From IMG/VR virus record IMGVR_UViG_3300033463_000085, positions 1 through 64,000 of that record: DNA of 64,000 nucleotides, one strand, 5' to 3'. The notes beneath the pieces are model-generated. The model had not been told where the DNA came from. It worked only from the letters and a program-made list of their open reading frames with translations, and searched no databases. How positions within the stretch are numbered: the first letter of the stretch is position 1; each line of letters starts with the position of its first letter. Below, in pieces: positions 38,799 through 48,183 of the stretch. Both the position numbers and the translations under genes were made by a program. The DNA comes from a virus. Its lineage: Duplodnaviria; Caudoviricetes.

Positions 38799-39648
38799 AG
38801 TCCGCCTCCTCCTGTTCAGATTCGAGGTCGAATGTCGGCTGGAACACGCCAAGCATATCCTTCGCCTTTTCGTAGAAATCGCGCTTTATTTCAAAGCCGA
38901 AGCCGCGCCGCCCCAATTCTGCGGCTGCTCGGAGAGTAGTGCCGGAGCCAGCGCACGGGTCTATCACGACATCGCCCCTGTCTGTGAAAAGCTCTATAAG
39001 CCGCTTCAACAGCCGGACGGGCTTCTGCGTCGGGTGGATTTTCGGGATGTCCCTGCCGTCCTGCTGCCAGTCGAAGCAGTTGAACACCATCTTGCCGTGG
39101 TTGTTGAACTTTGGGAGCCTGTCTCGGTATAGAATCAATCCGTATTCGCAGTTGCCGACGACCTTCATGTTGGCCTTGAGGACTTGCGCCGAGAACGGCT
39201 TGCGGAACACGAGCGGAATGTAGTGCTTGAAGCCGAAACTCTGCGCAAGCTCGATGTAGCGGTGCATCTCCTCGAACGGCACGAACAGGATGATGCAGGG
39301 CGCGGTCGACTTCCTCTTGCCGCTCGCGCCTATCGCCTCGCCTTTCTCATCCTTGGACTCCTTGCGAAGAAGCCGCTCGCAGAATATCATGAAGTGCGCC
39401 GGGGAGAAGTCGCCGTCGCTTTCGAAGAACATCTTTCCGGCCAGTTCGCTTTCGCCGTTCCTGTTGTCGCCGTCCTTGTACCACGCGGGGTTGCTGGCGT
39501 ATGCGTTCTTGCCGAGGTTGTACGGCACATCCGCAATCACCAGCTGCGCCCGTGGGATGTTGTAGGACTTGAAGTTCTGGAAGTGGTCGTGGAAAAGCTG
39601 CGGCTCGTAGAAGCCGCGCTTCTTCGTGCTGCCGCCTCCCGCCTTCAT
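38785..39648 (-). CDS. DNA N6-A/N4-C methyltransferase (beta class)
   Basis: IADVPYN catalytic motif before HPTQKP and VIDPCAGSGTT. Confidence 0.9.
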   Translation of the reverse strand: MKAGGGSTKKRGFYEPQLFHDHFQNFKSYNIPRAQLVIADVPYNLGKNAYASNPAWYKDGDNRNGESELAGKMFFESDGDFSPAHFMIFCERLLRKESKDEKGEAIGASGKRKSTAPCIILFVPFEEMHRYIELAQSFGFKHYIPLVFRKPFSAQVLKANMKVVGNCEYGLILYRDRLPKFNNHGKMVFNCFDWQQDGRDIPKIHPTQKPVRLLKRLIELFTDRGDVVIDPCAGSGTTLRAAAELGRRGFGFEIKRDFYEKAKDMLGVFQPTFDLESEQEEADYGRQ

Positions 39649-39863
39649 GTCCTGCTCCGCTTGGCGAGGCGGCGGACGATTCCGAACTGCCTCGACACGA
39701 TGTCGTTTGCGGCGGCGTATGGCGACGCCTCGTCGCGGATGTGCCAGTCGCGCTGGCCGCGATATACCAGGTGTCCGTTTTCGTAGATGCGGACTACTAC
39801 GCGGCCCTTGCCCTCCGGCGCGGGCTGGCACCACGCGCGAAGCCACTCGATTAGACCCGTCAT
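39645..39863 (-). CDS. Small hypothetical protein
   Basis: Coupled ORF with RBS. Confidence 0.5.
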   Translation of the reverse strand: MTGLIEWLRAWCQPAPEGKGRVVVRIYENGHLVYRGQRDWHIRDEASPYAAANDIVSRQFGIVRRLAKRSRT

Positions 39864-39888
39864 TCGGTTGTCCTCCTGTGCGGCGGGT

Positions 39889-40038
39889 TCAGTCGAATGC
39901 GGCGCAAGCCAGAATCATGAGCGCGAACACGGCGACGAGGAAAAGGCCCTCGCATATCGCCTGTCCCAGCGTCGTCTTGCGGTTGAGGAAGCGCTGCATC
40001 CGCTCCTCGTCTGTAAGGTTTTCTTCGTTCCTGTGCAT
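39889..40038 (-). CDS. Small membrane protein
   Basis: ATG after GGAGAACACGA; C-terminal hydrophobic helix. Confidence 0.6.
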   Translation of the reverse strand: MHRNEENLTDEERMQRFLNRKTTLGQAICEGLFLVAVFALMILACAAFD

Positions 40039-40041
40039 TGT

Positions 40042-40148
40042 CGTGTTCTCCTTTTGGTTTTGCCTGTGGCGTGGGGAAAGATGTCCCCACACCGTGCCGC
40101 ATATGTTAGCAAACAATGTCGGCGGGCGCAAGGGGACATCTTGAGATT
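40042..40148 (-). promoter_or_regulatory. Early promoter cassette C
   Basis: TTGCGC-17bp-TAACAT, inverted repeat GGTGTGGGGA/TCCCCACGCC 40068-40093, GGAGAACACG RBS. Confidence 0.75.
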
Positions 40149-40159
40149 ATTGCACCTTT

Positions 40160-41239
40160 CTACTTCTCCGTCGTGTCGGGTGTTTCGGCGGTCGGCATAG
40201 AGAAGAGTCCGTTGGCGCACTTGAACGCCCATACGGGGGCGCGGAGGCCGAGGTCGGCGATGATTTCGTGCGCGGGGCGGCTCTCCGATGCGCGTTCGAT
40301 TTCCTCGTGCCTCTCGTCGAGGCAGATGATGTCGATGTCGCGGCGGCCAATGCAGCACGATATGGCGCAATAGACCGTCCCGGCGTTGTGCTGGCGGAGC
40401 TTCTTGAGGGCGATTTCGCGGGCGTAGATGTTGAGCGTCACATCCGCCTTGGACGGGCACTTGCCCCACGGGCATCCGCCGCCGATGCGGCAGTTGCCGC
40501 CGTAGAAGTCGACGGCGAGCTTCCGGCCCGTCGTTCCGCAGTCGGCTATCGAGCCGTGCGTGACATAGCGGCCCGTGCCGTTCACGATGAGCGAGGCGTC
40601 GCCGCACCCGTGCCGGACGAGCCACGAGCGCACCCACTCCTCAATCGGGCGGAGGGCGAGGTCGCTTGCGGAGGGCGGGGTCGGGACGGCCACGATAACC
40701 TTGTCGGCCTTGCCGTCGGTGACGGAAATCTGCGTCTTGATGTCGAGGCCGACCGGGAGCTTGTTGTGGAGCGAGGCTTCGTACAGCTCGCGCCCGAGCA
40801 TCTTGGCGAGGTAGTGGTCGAGCGGCATGTTGCGCGTGTCATCGCCGCCCGTCGCCATGCCCCAGAATATGCCCTGGTCGCCCCAGCCGTCCGCGTCCAC
40901 GCCGATTGCGATGTCGCCCGACTGCCTTGAAATGTGCGAAACCACCTCCAGCTCGTCGCCGCAGATGCAGTTTTCCGCTCCGAAGCGGGACTGGTACGCC
41001 TTGGTGTAGCCGACCATGTTCGCGGCCCTTCGGGCGAAGTTGGCGATTTCCTCCTCCGTGAACTGCGTCCGGGTGGTTATCTCGCCGGATATTGTGCAAA
41101 ACTTCCCCTTGAGCTGGACTTCGAGGGCGACGCGCGAGCGCGGGTCCTTTTCGAGGTGTCTGTCGAGGAGATAGGACGCGATGAAGTCGCAAGTCCTGTC
41201 GGGGTGCCCCAGGGCGCAGTATTCGCTGGTCTGTGTCAT
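40160..41239 (-). CDS. metK: Divergent S-adenosylmethionine synthetase
   Basis: TSE...GHPDR.CD.I, G.GDQG, DIKTQ, G.TGRKL.VDFYGG...GGG..GK.PSKAD. Confidence 0.9.
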   Translation of the reverse strand: MTQTSEYCALGHPDRTCDFIASYLLDRHLEKDPRSRVALEVQLKGKFCTISGEITTRTQFTEEEIANFARRAANMVGYTKAYQSRFGAENCICGDELEVVSHISRQSGDIAIGVDADGWGDQGIFWGMATGGDDTRNMPLDHYLAKMLGRELYEASLHNKLPVGLDIKTQISVTDGKADKVIVAVPTPPSASDLALRPIEEWVRSWLVRHGCGDASLIVNGTGRYVTHGSIADCGTTGRKLAVDFYGGNCRIGGGCPWGKCPSKADVTLNIYAREIALKKLRQHNAGTVYCAISCCIGRRDIDIICLDERHEEIERASESRPAHEIIADLGLRAPVWAFKCANGLFSMPTAETPDTTEK

Positions 41240-41304
41240 GGCTTTTGTGGTTTCCTTTCTCGTTTTTCCTTTGCGGATTTGTTGTTGGTTGTGAAGGGGT
41301 CGGC

Positions 41305-42657
41305 TCACGATTCCTCGTCGCCCTCCGGCTCGGACTCGCCGTCGCCTCCCTCTTCGCCGAACACGCTGTCGAAATCTCTCGGCTCGGTGATTTTCGGGAA
41401 GTTGGCCTTGACATTGTGGAGGTCGCCCTTGTAGAACACGAGGACGTTCTGGTGGGTCTTGACGACCTTGCGCCCCGCGTTGAATGTCCCGGCTGCCCGT
41501 ATGGCCGACCCCCCGACGGGCTCGATGTAGATGATGTCGTTCACAAACTGCAATCCGGCGTCGATGAACGCCTGCTTGGTCGCGCCGATGAAGTTGCGGT
41601 AAGCGCCAGTCTTCTTGTCGCGGACATCGCCGACGACGAACAGGGCGAACCTGTCGTCCTTGAGGGCCGCACAGGCGTTGGCGATGATTCTGCGATACGC
41701 CTCGACGAACTTGTCGTAGGGCATGTTGGAGAGGTCGCCGGGCTTGTCGGAGTAGACTTCGAGATCGGCGTAGGGCGGGCAGGAGAAAACCATGTCGAAC
41801 TTCTCGTCACCGACATGGTTCAGGAGGTTGGTGGAATCGTCGCAAATCCAGCGCACCATGTCCTTGTGGGACGGGGCGAGCTGCTTGTAGTTTTCGTCCA
41901 CCTGCTCCTGCCGGATGTCGAAGCCCGTGTATTTGTGGCCGAGGCGGGCGGACATTACGCCGCGAACGGAGCCGCCGCAGAACGGGTCGAGGACGGTTCC
42001 GCCCTCGATGTTGAACCAAAGGAGCGCTATTTCCGCCAGAACCGGGTCGAACTCCGATGTGGCGGGGGCGGCTGGCGTTCCGCCGTAGATGTTCTTGATG
42101 TCCTGCCCGAGGAGGTTCGGGCCGCGCCCCTTCGTGCTGTCGAGGGCCGAGTTCCACTTGGCCTTGCGGTCGCGCCAGTATCCCTGCCGCGAATCAAGTA
42201 TCGAGAGGGGCGGGACGAGGAAGCGGTCGGACAGGGACTTTGTTTCGACATTGCTGCCCTTGTCGACCTTGAAGTCGGAGGGGTCGAATCCGAGCGATTC
42301 GAAGTCGAAGTCTGGAAGGGCCAGAAGCTCGCTGCCGAGCATCCCCAAGTCCCACTCCGCCTTTTCGGCGACCTTGTTGTCGGCGAGGCGGAATGCGCGA
42401 ATCTGCTCCGGCGTGAGGTCGCTCGCGTAGACGCACGGCAGCTCCTCAAGGCCCAGCTCCTTCGCCGCCTTGAGGCGCGTGTGTCCGCACACGATTACAT
42501 TGTTCTCGTCTATGACGAGCGGCACCTTGAAGCCGAACTGCGAGATGGACTCCTTGACGAAAGGCACGGCCTTGTCGTTCTTGCGGGGGTTCTTATCGTA
42601 GGGGATGATGTCGTCTATTGCGACGTATTTGATTTCTAGCCTGTCGATGTTCTTCAT
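41305..42657 (-). CDS. ParB-like N-terminal domain fused to DNA methyltransferase
   Basis: PY.KNPRKND...FGF.VP....CGHTRLKAA; DPFCGGSVRG; FSCPPY. Confidence 0.88.
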   Translation of the reverse strand: MKNIDRLEIKYVAIDDIIPYDKNPRKNDKAVPFVKESISQFGFKVPLVIDENNVIVCGHTRLKAAKELGLEELPCVYASDLTPEQIRAFRLADNKVAEKAEWDLGMLGSELLALPDFDFESLGFDPSDFKVDKGSNVETKSLSDRFLVPPLSILDSRQGYWRDRKAKWNSALDSTKGRGPNLLGQDIKNIYGGTPAAPATSEFDPVLAEIALLWFNIEGGTVLDPFCGGSVRGVMSARLGHKYTGFDIRQEQVDENYKQLAPSHKDMVRWICDDSTNLLNHVGDEKFDMVFSCPPYADLEVYSDKPGDLSNMPYDKFVEAYRRIIANACAALKDDRFALFVVGDVRDKKTGAYRNFIGATKQAFIDAGLQFVNDIIYIEPVGGSAIRAAGTFNAGRKVVKTHQNVLVFYKGDLHNVKANFPKITEPRDFDSVFGEEGGDGESEPEGDEES

Positions 42658-42686
42658 TTTGCGGTCTTGCCTTTCTTGTGGGTGTG

Positions 42687-43127
42687 TCAGGTGTTGGGGT
42701 TGTTGTTCTCGCGCTGGCGGGCCTCATGCTCCGCCTTTGCCTTTTCGACCTTTTCGAGGGCGATTGTCCCTAGGACGAAGGGCGAGCGCGGCGTCTTGTC
42801 CTCAAATGTCTCGGTCGGCTTCTCGCCGATGGTGTCCCGTACGAACTCGGCGGCGCGGACATTTCCCTTCGCCGCCTTGGCAATTATTCCGGCGAGGATG
42901 CGCGTCTGCACATCCACATTCGCGTTCTCGAAGTCCTTGAGGCAGTCGACATCCTCCTTCATCCGGCCCTTTTTTATGGGCTTAGACAGGATGGAAATTA
43001 AGGATTCGCGCATTGTCTTGCGCAATTTCCTCGTCGCGCCCGACTTGATGCCGCCGTTCCGGCCTTTTTCTCGCGCCTCGCTCGCGGTTCTGATGGTGTG
43101 CGGGACTAGGTTCTGTTCGTTTGCCAT
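42687..43127 (-). CDS. terS: Terminase small subunit-like protein
   Basis: MANEQNLVP...EAREKGRNGGIKSG...GNVRAAEFVRDTIGEKP. Confidence 0.7.
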   Translation of the reverse strand: MANEQNLVPHTIRTASEAREKGRNGGIKSGATRKLRKTMRESLISILSKPIKKGRMKEDVDCLKDFENANVDVQTRILAGIIAKAAKGNVRAAEFVRDTIGEKPTETFEDKTPRSPFVLGTIALEKVEKAKAEHEARQRENNNPNT

Positions 43128-43160
43128 CTAGCGGTTTTCCTTCGTTTTCCTAATTTTATC

Positions 43161-43190
43161 TTGACAAATCGAACGAGGATGGTGTAGAAT
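43161..43190 (+). promoter_or_regulatory. Sigma70 promoter antisense to the putative late regulator
   Basis: TTGACA-18bp-TAGAAT. Confidence 0.6.
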
Positions 43191-43208
43191 GTGCGTCCTC
43201 GCGCGTGG

Positions 43209-43297
43209 GCGCGGGGTAATTTCCATTGCCGCAACCGTCAACCATTGCGGGTGTCCCCACGAAAAGCCCCACACCATATGCGCCGGAAATCCCGCGC
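43209..43297. ncRNA. Candidate multi-stem RNA or DNA structure in intergenic region
   Basis: GCGCGGG/CCCGCGC and ATTTCC/GGAAAT closing stems; inner CCGCAA/TTGCGG and GGTGT/ACACC stems. Confidence 0.35.
43228..43241 (-). promoter_or_regulatory. Late-gene motif TTGAC-N5-CGGC
   Basis: GGTTGACGGTTGCGGC, about 100 bp upstream of terS. Confidence 0.65.
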
Positions 43298-43319
43298 TCT
43301 CGACTGTGCCGGAATCGCA

Positions 43320-43931
43320 TTACAGGTCGAACTCCAGATTGTACGCCTGACGCCTCTTGGCTCCGCCAACGCCCTTGAGCTGCATCTGCCGCATTATGCT
43401 GGCGAAGAACTTGCACTTGCCCTTCATCTGCACGAGGTGCTTCTGCACGGCTTCCTTCGATATCGGCTTCGGGAGGGTGCGGCCAATCGTGGCGTAGTCC
43501 TCGCCGAACAGGAGGTGCTTTAGGATGCAGAGCTGGATGTCGGGCAGGGCGAACAGGGACGATATGACAATCACCATGTTCCGCTCCGTTTCCTCGGTGA
43601 GGGTGGCGGTGACGGCCGCCGACGGCCTGTCGGCCTCCTCGTCGAAGAACACGAAATTGCCGTCGCGGCTGTCTGATTCGCGGCGCGATTCGTCGTCTAG
43701 GTTGTCGCGGACGAACTCGCCCTCCGACTCAATCCCGCCGAGGCGGACATCGGAGCGCCCCTTGTTGGAATCGTCGGCTGGGCCTTGGCACACCTGCCAG
43801 CAGAAGGGGTCGCCCTTGCCGTTCCTGGGGCATGAATGGCAGTCCTTGTGGAACTCGCGCCCCTTGGCGGCTTGCCGGGATTGAGGCGGTATCTCCCGCC
43901 CGTCCCGCCGGATATGTCGTGTGTTCTCCAT
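43320..43931 (-). CDS. Putative late transcription regulator (Cys cluster plus C-terminal HTH/sigma-region-4-like)
   Basis: CHSC...CWQVC; C-term DYATIGRTLPKPISKEAVQKHL; position before terS. Confidence 0.5.
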   Translation of the reverse strand: MENTRHIRRDGREIPPQSRQAAKGREFHKDCHSCPRNGKGDPFCWQVCQGPADDSNKGRSDVRLGGIESEGEFVRDNLDDESRRESDSRDGNFVFFDEEADRPSAAVTATLTEETERNMVIVISSLFALPDIQLCILKHLLFGEDYATIGRTLPKPISKEAVQKHLVQMKGKCKFFASIMRQMQLKGVGGAKRRQAYNLEFDL

Positions 43932-43937
43932 TTTTCG

Positions 43938-43977
43938 GGTGTGGGGACATTATACCACACACCGAGCCGGAAAACAA
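43938..43977 (-). promoter_or_regulatory. Sigma70 promoter with operator at the start site
   Basis: TTGTTT-17bp-TATAAT immediately followed by GTCCCCACACC. Confidence 0.7.
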
Positions 43978-44008
43978 GGGGGTGATTTTCGGTTTTTTGG
44001 ACGGAGCG

Positions 44009-44476
44009 TCAGAGGTCGGGTGCGACCGTAATGACTATGCGGGGCCTGTCGAGGGTGCGGCGCTTCGTTATCAGCGTCGTCGTTATGTGGCTGTCGTCGG
44101 CGAACCACCCGGCCTTGACGAGCGCGTCCTGCGGGGCCTTTATGCGGTTGTCGTTGTCCGCGCCGCAGGGCATGGGCGCGTTAGGGACAAGCTCTCTCCT
44201 GGGCGTCCCCTTCGGGTATGCGTGGTAGAACGCGACATATAGGAACGCTGGCGTCCCGTGCGGGACGACGGACTCCACCGCGCCCTTGAAGGGCCTCGCG
44301 AGGATTTCGACGGCCTTCATGCCGGATGCGACGCGCTTGTTGGTGAAGATGCGGCGCGTTCGGAACGACACCTTCTTCTGCTGCGCTGTCGATAGCGTCG
44401 ACGGGTCGATGGGCAGGGTTATGCGGACGGCTTGGCGCTCGTCCGGCAGGGTTATGCTTTCGCACTTTGATGGCAT
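44009..44476 (-). CDS. rusA: RusA-like Holliday junction resolvase
   Basis: ADNDNRIKAPQDALVKAGWFADDSHI. Confidence 0.85.
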   Translation of the reverse strand: MPSKCESITLPDERQAVRITLPIDPSTLSTAQQKKVSFRTRRIFTNKRVASGMKAVEILARPFKGAVESVVPHGTPAFLYVAFYHAYPKGTPRRELVPNAPMPCGADNDNRIKAPQDALVKAGWFADDSHITTTLITKRRTLDRPRIVITVAPDL

Positions 44477-44492
44477 TGCTTCGTTGTCCTCC

Positions 44493-45065
44493 TTACGATG
44501 TCGGGCCTCCCGTGATGGTGCCGTAAGACGAAAATCCCTCTACGACGACTTGCTTCGAGGGGGGGCTTGTCGTCTCTCCCGCCGCAGAGGCGACATCGAC
44601 CTTCATCACGCGGAAGTATTCGACCGCCCCCTTGAGGTCTATTTCGGAAACCGAGCACAGCTGCATGAACGAAACTATGCTCTGGAGCTGGGCGAGGGTG
44701 AATCGCGGGTTCTCGCGCTCCCTCTGTAGCTCCGCCGCGACGAACTCCCTGTCCTCGCGCTCTATTTCACGCCTCTGCTCGAGCATCCTCTGCTGCACGA
44801 ACGAGTTGCATTCCGCGTGGGCGAGGAAGAACCTCGGCCCGAGGTCGCGGGTGCTGTCCGGCCGTGCGAGCCTGTTGGCCTTCTGGAGGTCGGCGTGGCT
44901 CGCCTCGATGAACGAGCGCACCGTGCTGAACCGCTCCATGACGATGCGTATCTCCGCCGCGAGGCGCTGGTTGTATGCGATGCGGATGTGCTCGACGATT
45001 TCCTCGCGTTTCGGCACGGCGATTTCGACCGTCCTCTCGTTCGCGCTTTCCTGTTCCTGTTCCAT
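44493..45065 (-). CDS. Hypothetical protein
   Basis: ATG after GGAGAACACG. Confidence 0.7.
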   Translation of the reverse strand: MEQEQESANERTVEIAVPKREEIVEHIRIAYNQRLAAEIRIVMERFSTVRSFIEASHADLQKANRLARPDSTRDLGPRFFLAHAECNSFVQQRMLEQRREIEREDREFVAAELQRERENPRFTLAQLQSIVSFMQLCSVSEIDLKGAVEYFRVMKVDVASAAGETTSPPSKQVVVEGFSSYGTITGGPTS

Positions 45066-45107
45066 TCCGTGTTCTCCTTTTCGTTTGTCCCTTCGGGGCT
45101 TGCGCCC

Positions 45108-45458
45108 CTATATTGTGGCGAAGGCCTTGACCTCGCCGACCTCCACGCTTCCGTATTCGTTGCCGAGGAGCCTGTCGGCGTCGTTGTATCTGCCGCGCTT
45201 CCTCGACAGGCCCATCCTCTCCGAATATGTCTTGGAGCATTCGCGCAGGACGGTCGTCCTTCCGGCTGCGTCCGTGTCGAACGTCTCTAGCGGCCTGTCG
45301 CGCTCCACGAGCTGCCATCCGCCTCCCTCGCGGGGGACTATGGCGTGGGTGAACACAAGCGCCTCGCTTACGTTCATCCTCTTGAACAGCGCGACCTGCT
45401 CGGCCATGTCTGTTGCGAGGGCCGTGCTTCCGCGCTTTGCTATCTGGCTGTCTGACAT
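45108..45458 (-). CDS. Hypothetical protein
   Basis: Start refined to MSDSQIAK after GGAG. Confidence 0.6.
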   Translation of the reverse strand: MSDSQIAKRGSTALATDMAEQVALFKRMNVSEALVFTHAIVPREGGGWQLVERDRPLETFDTDAAGRTTVLRECSKTYSERMGLSRKRGRYNDADRLLGNEYGSVEVGEVKAFATI

Positions 45459-45471
45459 TGCAATCTCCGTT

Positions 45472-46239
45472 TCAGTCCCACCTGGACTTTCTGTGCTTCG
45501 CGTCCATCTCGTCGAGGAGGCGCAGCGAGTTAGATATGTCGTTCGCGCCGCACGAATGGACTGCGAGCCCCTTTGCTCCGCCCGGAAGGGCCATGTCGAG
45601 GCGCGTGGTTTCCGCGACGAGCCTCTTGAGGATGTTCTTGCGCGTCCGCATGAAGCATTGGATGAGGATGTCGCGCCGCTTGCGGAGGACATCGACGGAC
45701 TTCAATATGCGGCCCTTGAGGGTTTTGGCGTTGGCCGCCTCCTGCGATTCGGGGTCGGCCTTTATGCGCTGGTCGAGCATTTCGGCGCGTGCGCGTCGCC
45801 TCCTGACCTCCTCCATGACGCGCTTTAGGGCGGCGGTGTGGGCGGCGAGCCTCTTCGTCGGGTCTGCGGCCTTCGACGCCTCCGCCACGGCCCTTGCGAA
45901 CCCCTCGTCGGATATCGACGGGTCGAGCAGGGCGGCGTCCAGCTCGTCGTCCCCCACCTTCGGCATGGGGCAGGCTATGGCCTCGGTCAGGTCCGATTCG
46001 AAGCTGGCGAGGGAGCGCAGGATTTCGACGGCCGGATTAACGGCCCTCGCGAGCCGGACGAACTCGGCCTTTGCGCTGCGGACGGCCGAAACCGACGCCT
46101 TTGAGCGGCCAAGCCCCTCGTCGGGAATGCGGGACAGAATCTTGTTCATCCCCTGCATCGCGTCGGCCACGCGGACGAACGCGCCGCGCACCTCGTCCAT
46201 GCACGACGAAAGCTCGTCGAACGAGCGGGGGCGCTTCAT
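45472..46239 (-). CDS. Hypothetical helical protein
   Basis: 255-aa coupled ORF. Confidence 0.65.
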   Translation of the reverse strand: MKRPRSFDELSSCMDEVRGAFVRVADAMQGMNKILSRIPDEGLGRSKASVSAVRSAKAEFVRLARAVNPAVEILRSLASFESDLTEAIACPMPKVGDDELDAALLDPSISDEGFARAVAEASKAADPTKRLAAHTAALKRVMEEVRRRRARAEMLDQRIKADPESQEAANAKTLKGRILKSVDVLRKRRDILIQCFMRTRKNILKRLVAETTRLDMALPGGAKGLAVHSCGANDISNSLRLLDEMDAKHRKSRWD

Positions 46240-46613
46240 GACGCCACCCCCATGTCCAGCTCCGGCTGGACGGGCCTCTCGAACCTGTCCTTTAGGCGGA
46301 GGTACCTGTTGCGGACGTAATCCTCCTTAGCAAGGGGCTTGAACAGGTCGAGGACGAAGCACCTCGTACCTCGCGGGGCCTCCTTCGCGTTCCACAGCGT
46401 GTGTTCGAGGAGGGGAAGCACCTTCTCCTCGATTACGTCGGCGTAGCACGCCGACTTGTCCATGCCCGTAAGCTCGCGGACGGCGGACAGGGCCTTGTGG
46501 AGCCTCGCCCTCGCGGAGCAGGTGAGCCGGAGGTTGAACCGCGCCGGACGCGTCGCAGACCCCGTGTTGGTGGGGGCCTCCGCATCCGTGTATTTGTGCT
46601 TGCAATGTCCCAT
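46236..46613 (-). CDS. Hypothetical DNA-binding-like protein
   Basis: ATG after GGAGAACACG; FNLRLTCSARARL segment. Confidence 0.6.
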   Translation of the reverse strand: MGHCKHKYTDAEAPTNTGSATRPARFNLRLTCSARARLHKALSAVRELTGMDKSACYADVIEEKVLPLLEHTLWNAKEAPRGTRCFVLDLFKPLAKEDYVRNRYLRLKDRFERPVQPELDMGVAS

Positions 46614-46643
46614 TTCGTCGTGTTCTCCGTTTTCGCGCCACCG

Positions 46644-46967
46644 TCAGGCGACGGCTCCTGCGCGTCTGTTCCTGTTTATGAATGCGTTTAGGCTCTCCTC
46701 GGTGACGCCGTGGTGGTTGGTGCCGCCGTAGGTCACGCCGACGAGCTTTCCCTTCCGGCGGAGGTAGCGCACCATGTCCTTCGAGCATCCGAGGCGCTTC
46801 GCCGCCTCCGCGTAGACCACGCACACGGCTGGGGCTGGGCTGTCGTCCTTTGTCTTGCCGTCCTTGAAGCCGCGCACCATCTCCATGAATCCGCGCCGCG
46901 TCTCTTCCGTCATGGTCTGGTCGATCTCCACGACGCTACCGATGACATCAATAGTCTTTTCGAGCAT
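46644..46967 (-). CDS. HTH excisionase-like protein
   Basis: AEAAKRLGCSKDMVRYLRRKGKL; start MLEKT after GGAGGG. Confidence 0.7.
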   Translation of the reverse strand: MLEKTIDVIGSVVEIDQTMTEETRRGFMEMVRGFKDGKTKDDSPAPAVCVVYAEAAKRLGCSKDMVRYLRRKGKLVGVTYGGTNHHGVTEESLNAFINRNRRAGAVA

Positions 46968-46981
46968 TTCCCGTCCCTCCG

Positions 46982-47374
46982 TCAGAATGGCATGTCGTCG
47001 ATGTCGCCGCATTCGGCGATTTCGTCCGGCTCGGCGGGCGGCGGCACGGCGGCGGCCCTCGCTGCCCGCTCCTTGACCTCCAGCTTCACGGCGCGGAGCG
47101 ACGCGAACCACTGTCCCGCCTTGTTTCTGTTTTCGTTCGCGTCCACATAGAACGAAACCTCCACCTTGTCGCCGGGATTCACGCCGTCAAGGTCTTTCGT
47201 CCTGTCCTTCGAGCCGTCGCCACGGCCCTTCGTGAACTCGAACATCGCGTAGTTCGGGTATTGTGCGTTCTCGGATTGCGTCTTGCACACGAGGGTGCGC
47301 TTTGCGAATCCCGAGGCGAAGGTCTGCGTCTGTCCGACGAAGTGGACCTCGCCCGCGTATTTGTATGGTTCCAT
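46982..47374 (-). CDS. DUF3127-type single-stranded DNA-binding protein
   Basis: F.KRTLV...QYPN...FEF...GDKVEVSF...WF.SL; acidic DDMPF tail. Confidence 0.8.
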   Translation of the reverse strand: MEPYKYAGEVHFVGQTQTFASGFAKRTLVCKTQSENAQYPNYAMFEFTKGRGDGSKDRTKDLDGVNPGDKVEVSFYVDANENRNKAGQWFASLRAVKLEVKERAARAAAVPPPAEPDEIAECGDIDDMPF

Positions 47375-47433
47375 GTCTTGTGCTTCCTTTGCTTTTTGTC
47401 GTTCTGGCGGTTTTCCGCCTTTTGAAAATCCTG

Positions 47434-48183
47434 TCATTGCCTCCGCGCCGCCGTGGAGGCCCCATTCTGTGCCTCTGGCGCGTTCGCCGCCCCCGGACGG
47501 ATGGTTGAGGGGGTACGGGCTTCGACGCGCTCCTGGGCGGCCCTACGCGCGTCCATGTCGGCGATGAACCTCGTCGTCCGGTCTACGACCTTCCTGTTGG
47601 CCTTTACGGCCCTGTTCGAGCCGCCGGAGAACTCGACCGACTTGCACATCTCCGTTATCCGGTCTATTATGCGGATTCCGTACCTGTCCTTGATTTCGGA
47701 CTTCTTGAGGTTCGTCGTGAAGTGCGTTCGCTCCTCGCTCGCCATCCGTCGCTCGATTATGTAGGCCAATATGTCGAATTTCACTCCGTAGTTGTTGAAA
47801 ACAGGCTCCGCGCCGATGTCGTCAAGCAGCACCTCCCTGTTTGCGAGGTCGTCCATCATCTCGCGGATGTCGCTTTCGGAGCGCCCGAGGATGTCGTGCA
47901 TCGAGAAAACGGCGACCTCGCCGCCGTCGAAGGTGCGCAGCGTTCGGAAGAACATGGTCTTGCCCGTCCCGACGGAGCCGTGGATGAACAGTCCGTACCC
48001 GGCCATGTAGAGGCGTAGGGCCTCAAGGGACGCGGAATTGAACCGATAGCCCCTGCGCACCATGTTCTCGGCCTTGGCCTTGAGCATTTCGGGGCGGATT
48101 TCGGCCTCTCGCTCCTCGCATGAGGGCTGGGCGAGCGACCTAAGTATGCCTTCAAAGGCGGATTTGGTAATTTTCGTCATCAA
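47434..48183 (-). CDS. DnaC/IstB-like ATPase (helicase loader)
   Basis: HGSVGTGKT, LLDDIGAE, HFTTNL, RIIDRI.EM. Confidence 0.88.
   Translation of the reverse strand: MMTKITKSAFEGILRSLAQPSCEEREAEIRPEMLKAKAENMVRRGYRFNSASLEALRLYMAGYGLFIHGSVGTGKTMFFRTLRTFDGGEVAVFSMHDILGRSESDIREMMDDLANREVLLDDIGAEPVFNNYGVKFDILAYIIERRMASEERTHFTTNLKKSEIKDRYGIRIIDRITEMCKSVEFSGGSNRAVKANRKVVDRTTRFIADMDARRAAQERVEARTPSTIRPGAANAPEAQNGASTAARRQ

Noticed and set aside
43130-43320. SAM riboswitch upstream of the terS-MTase-metK operon
   Set aside because: No SAM-I/II/IV core motifs recognised on the minus strand.
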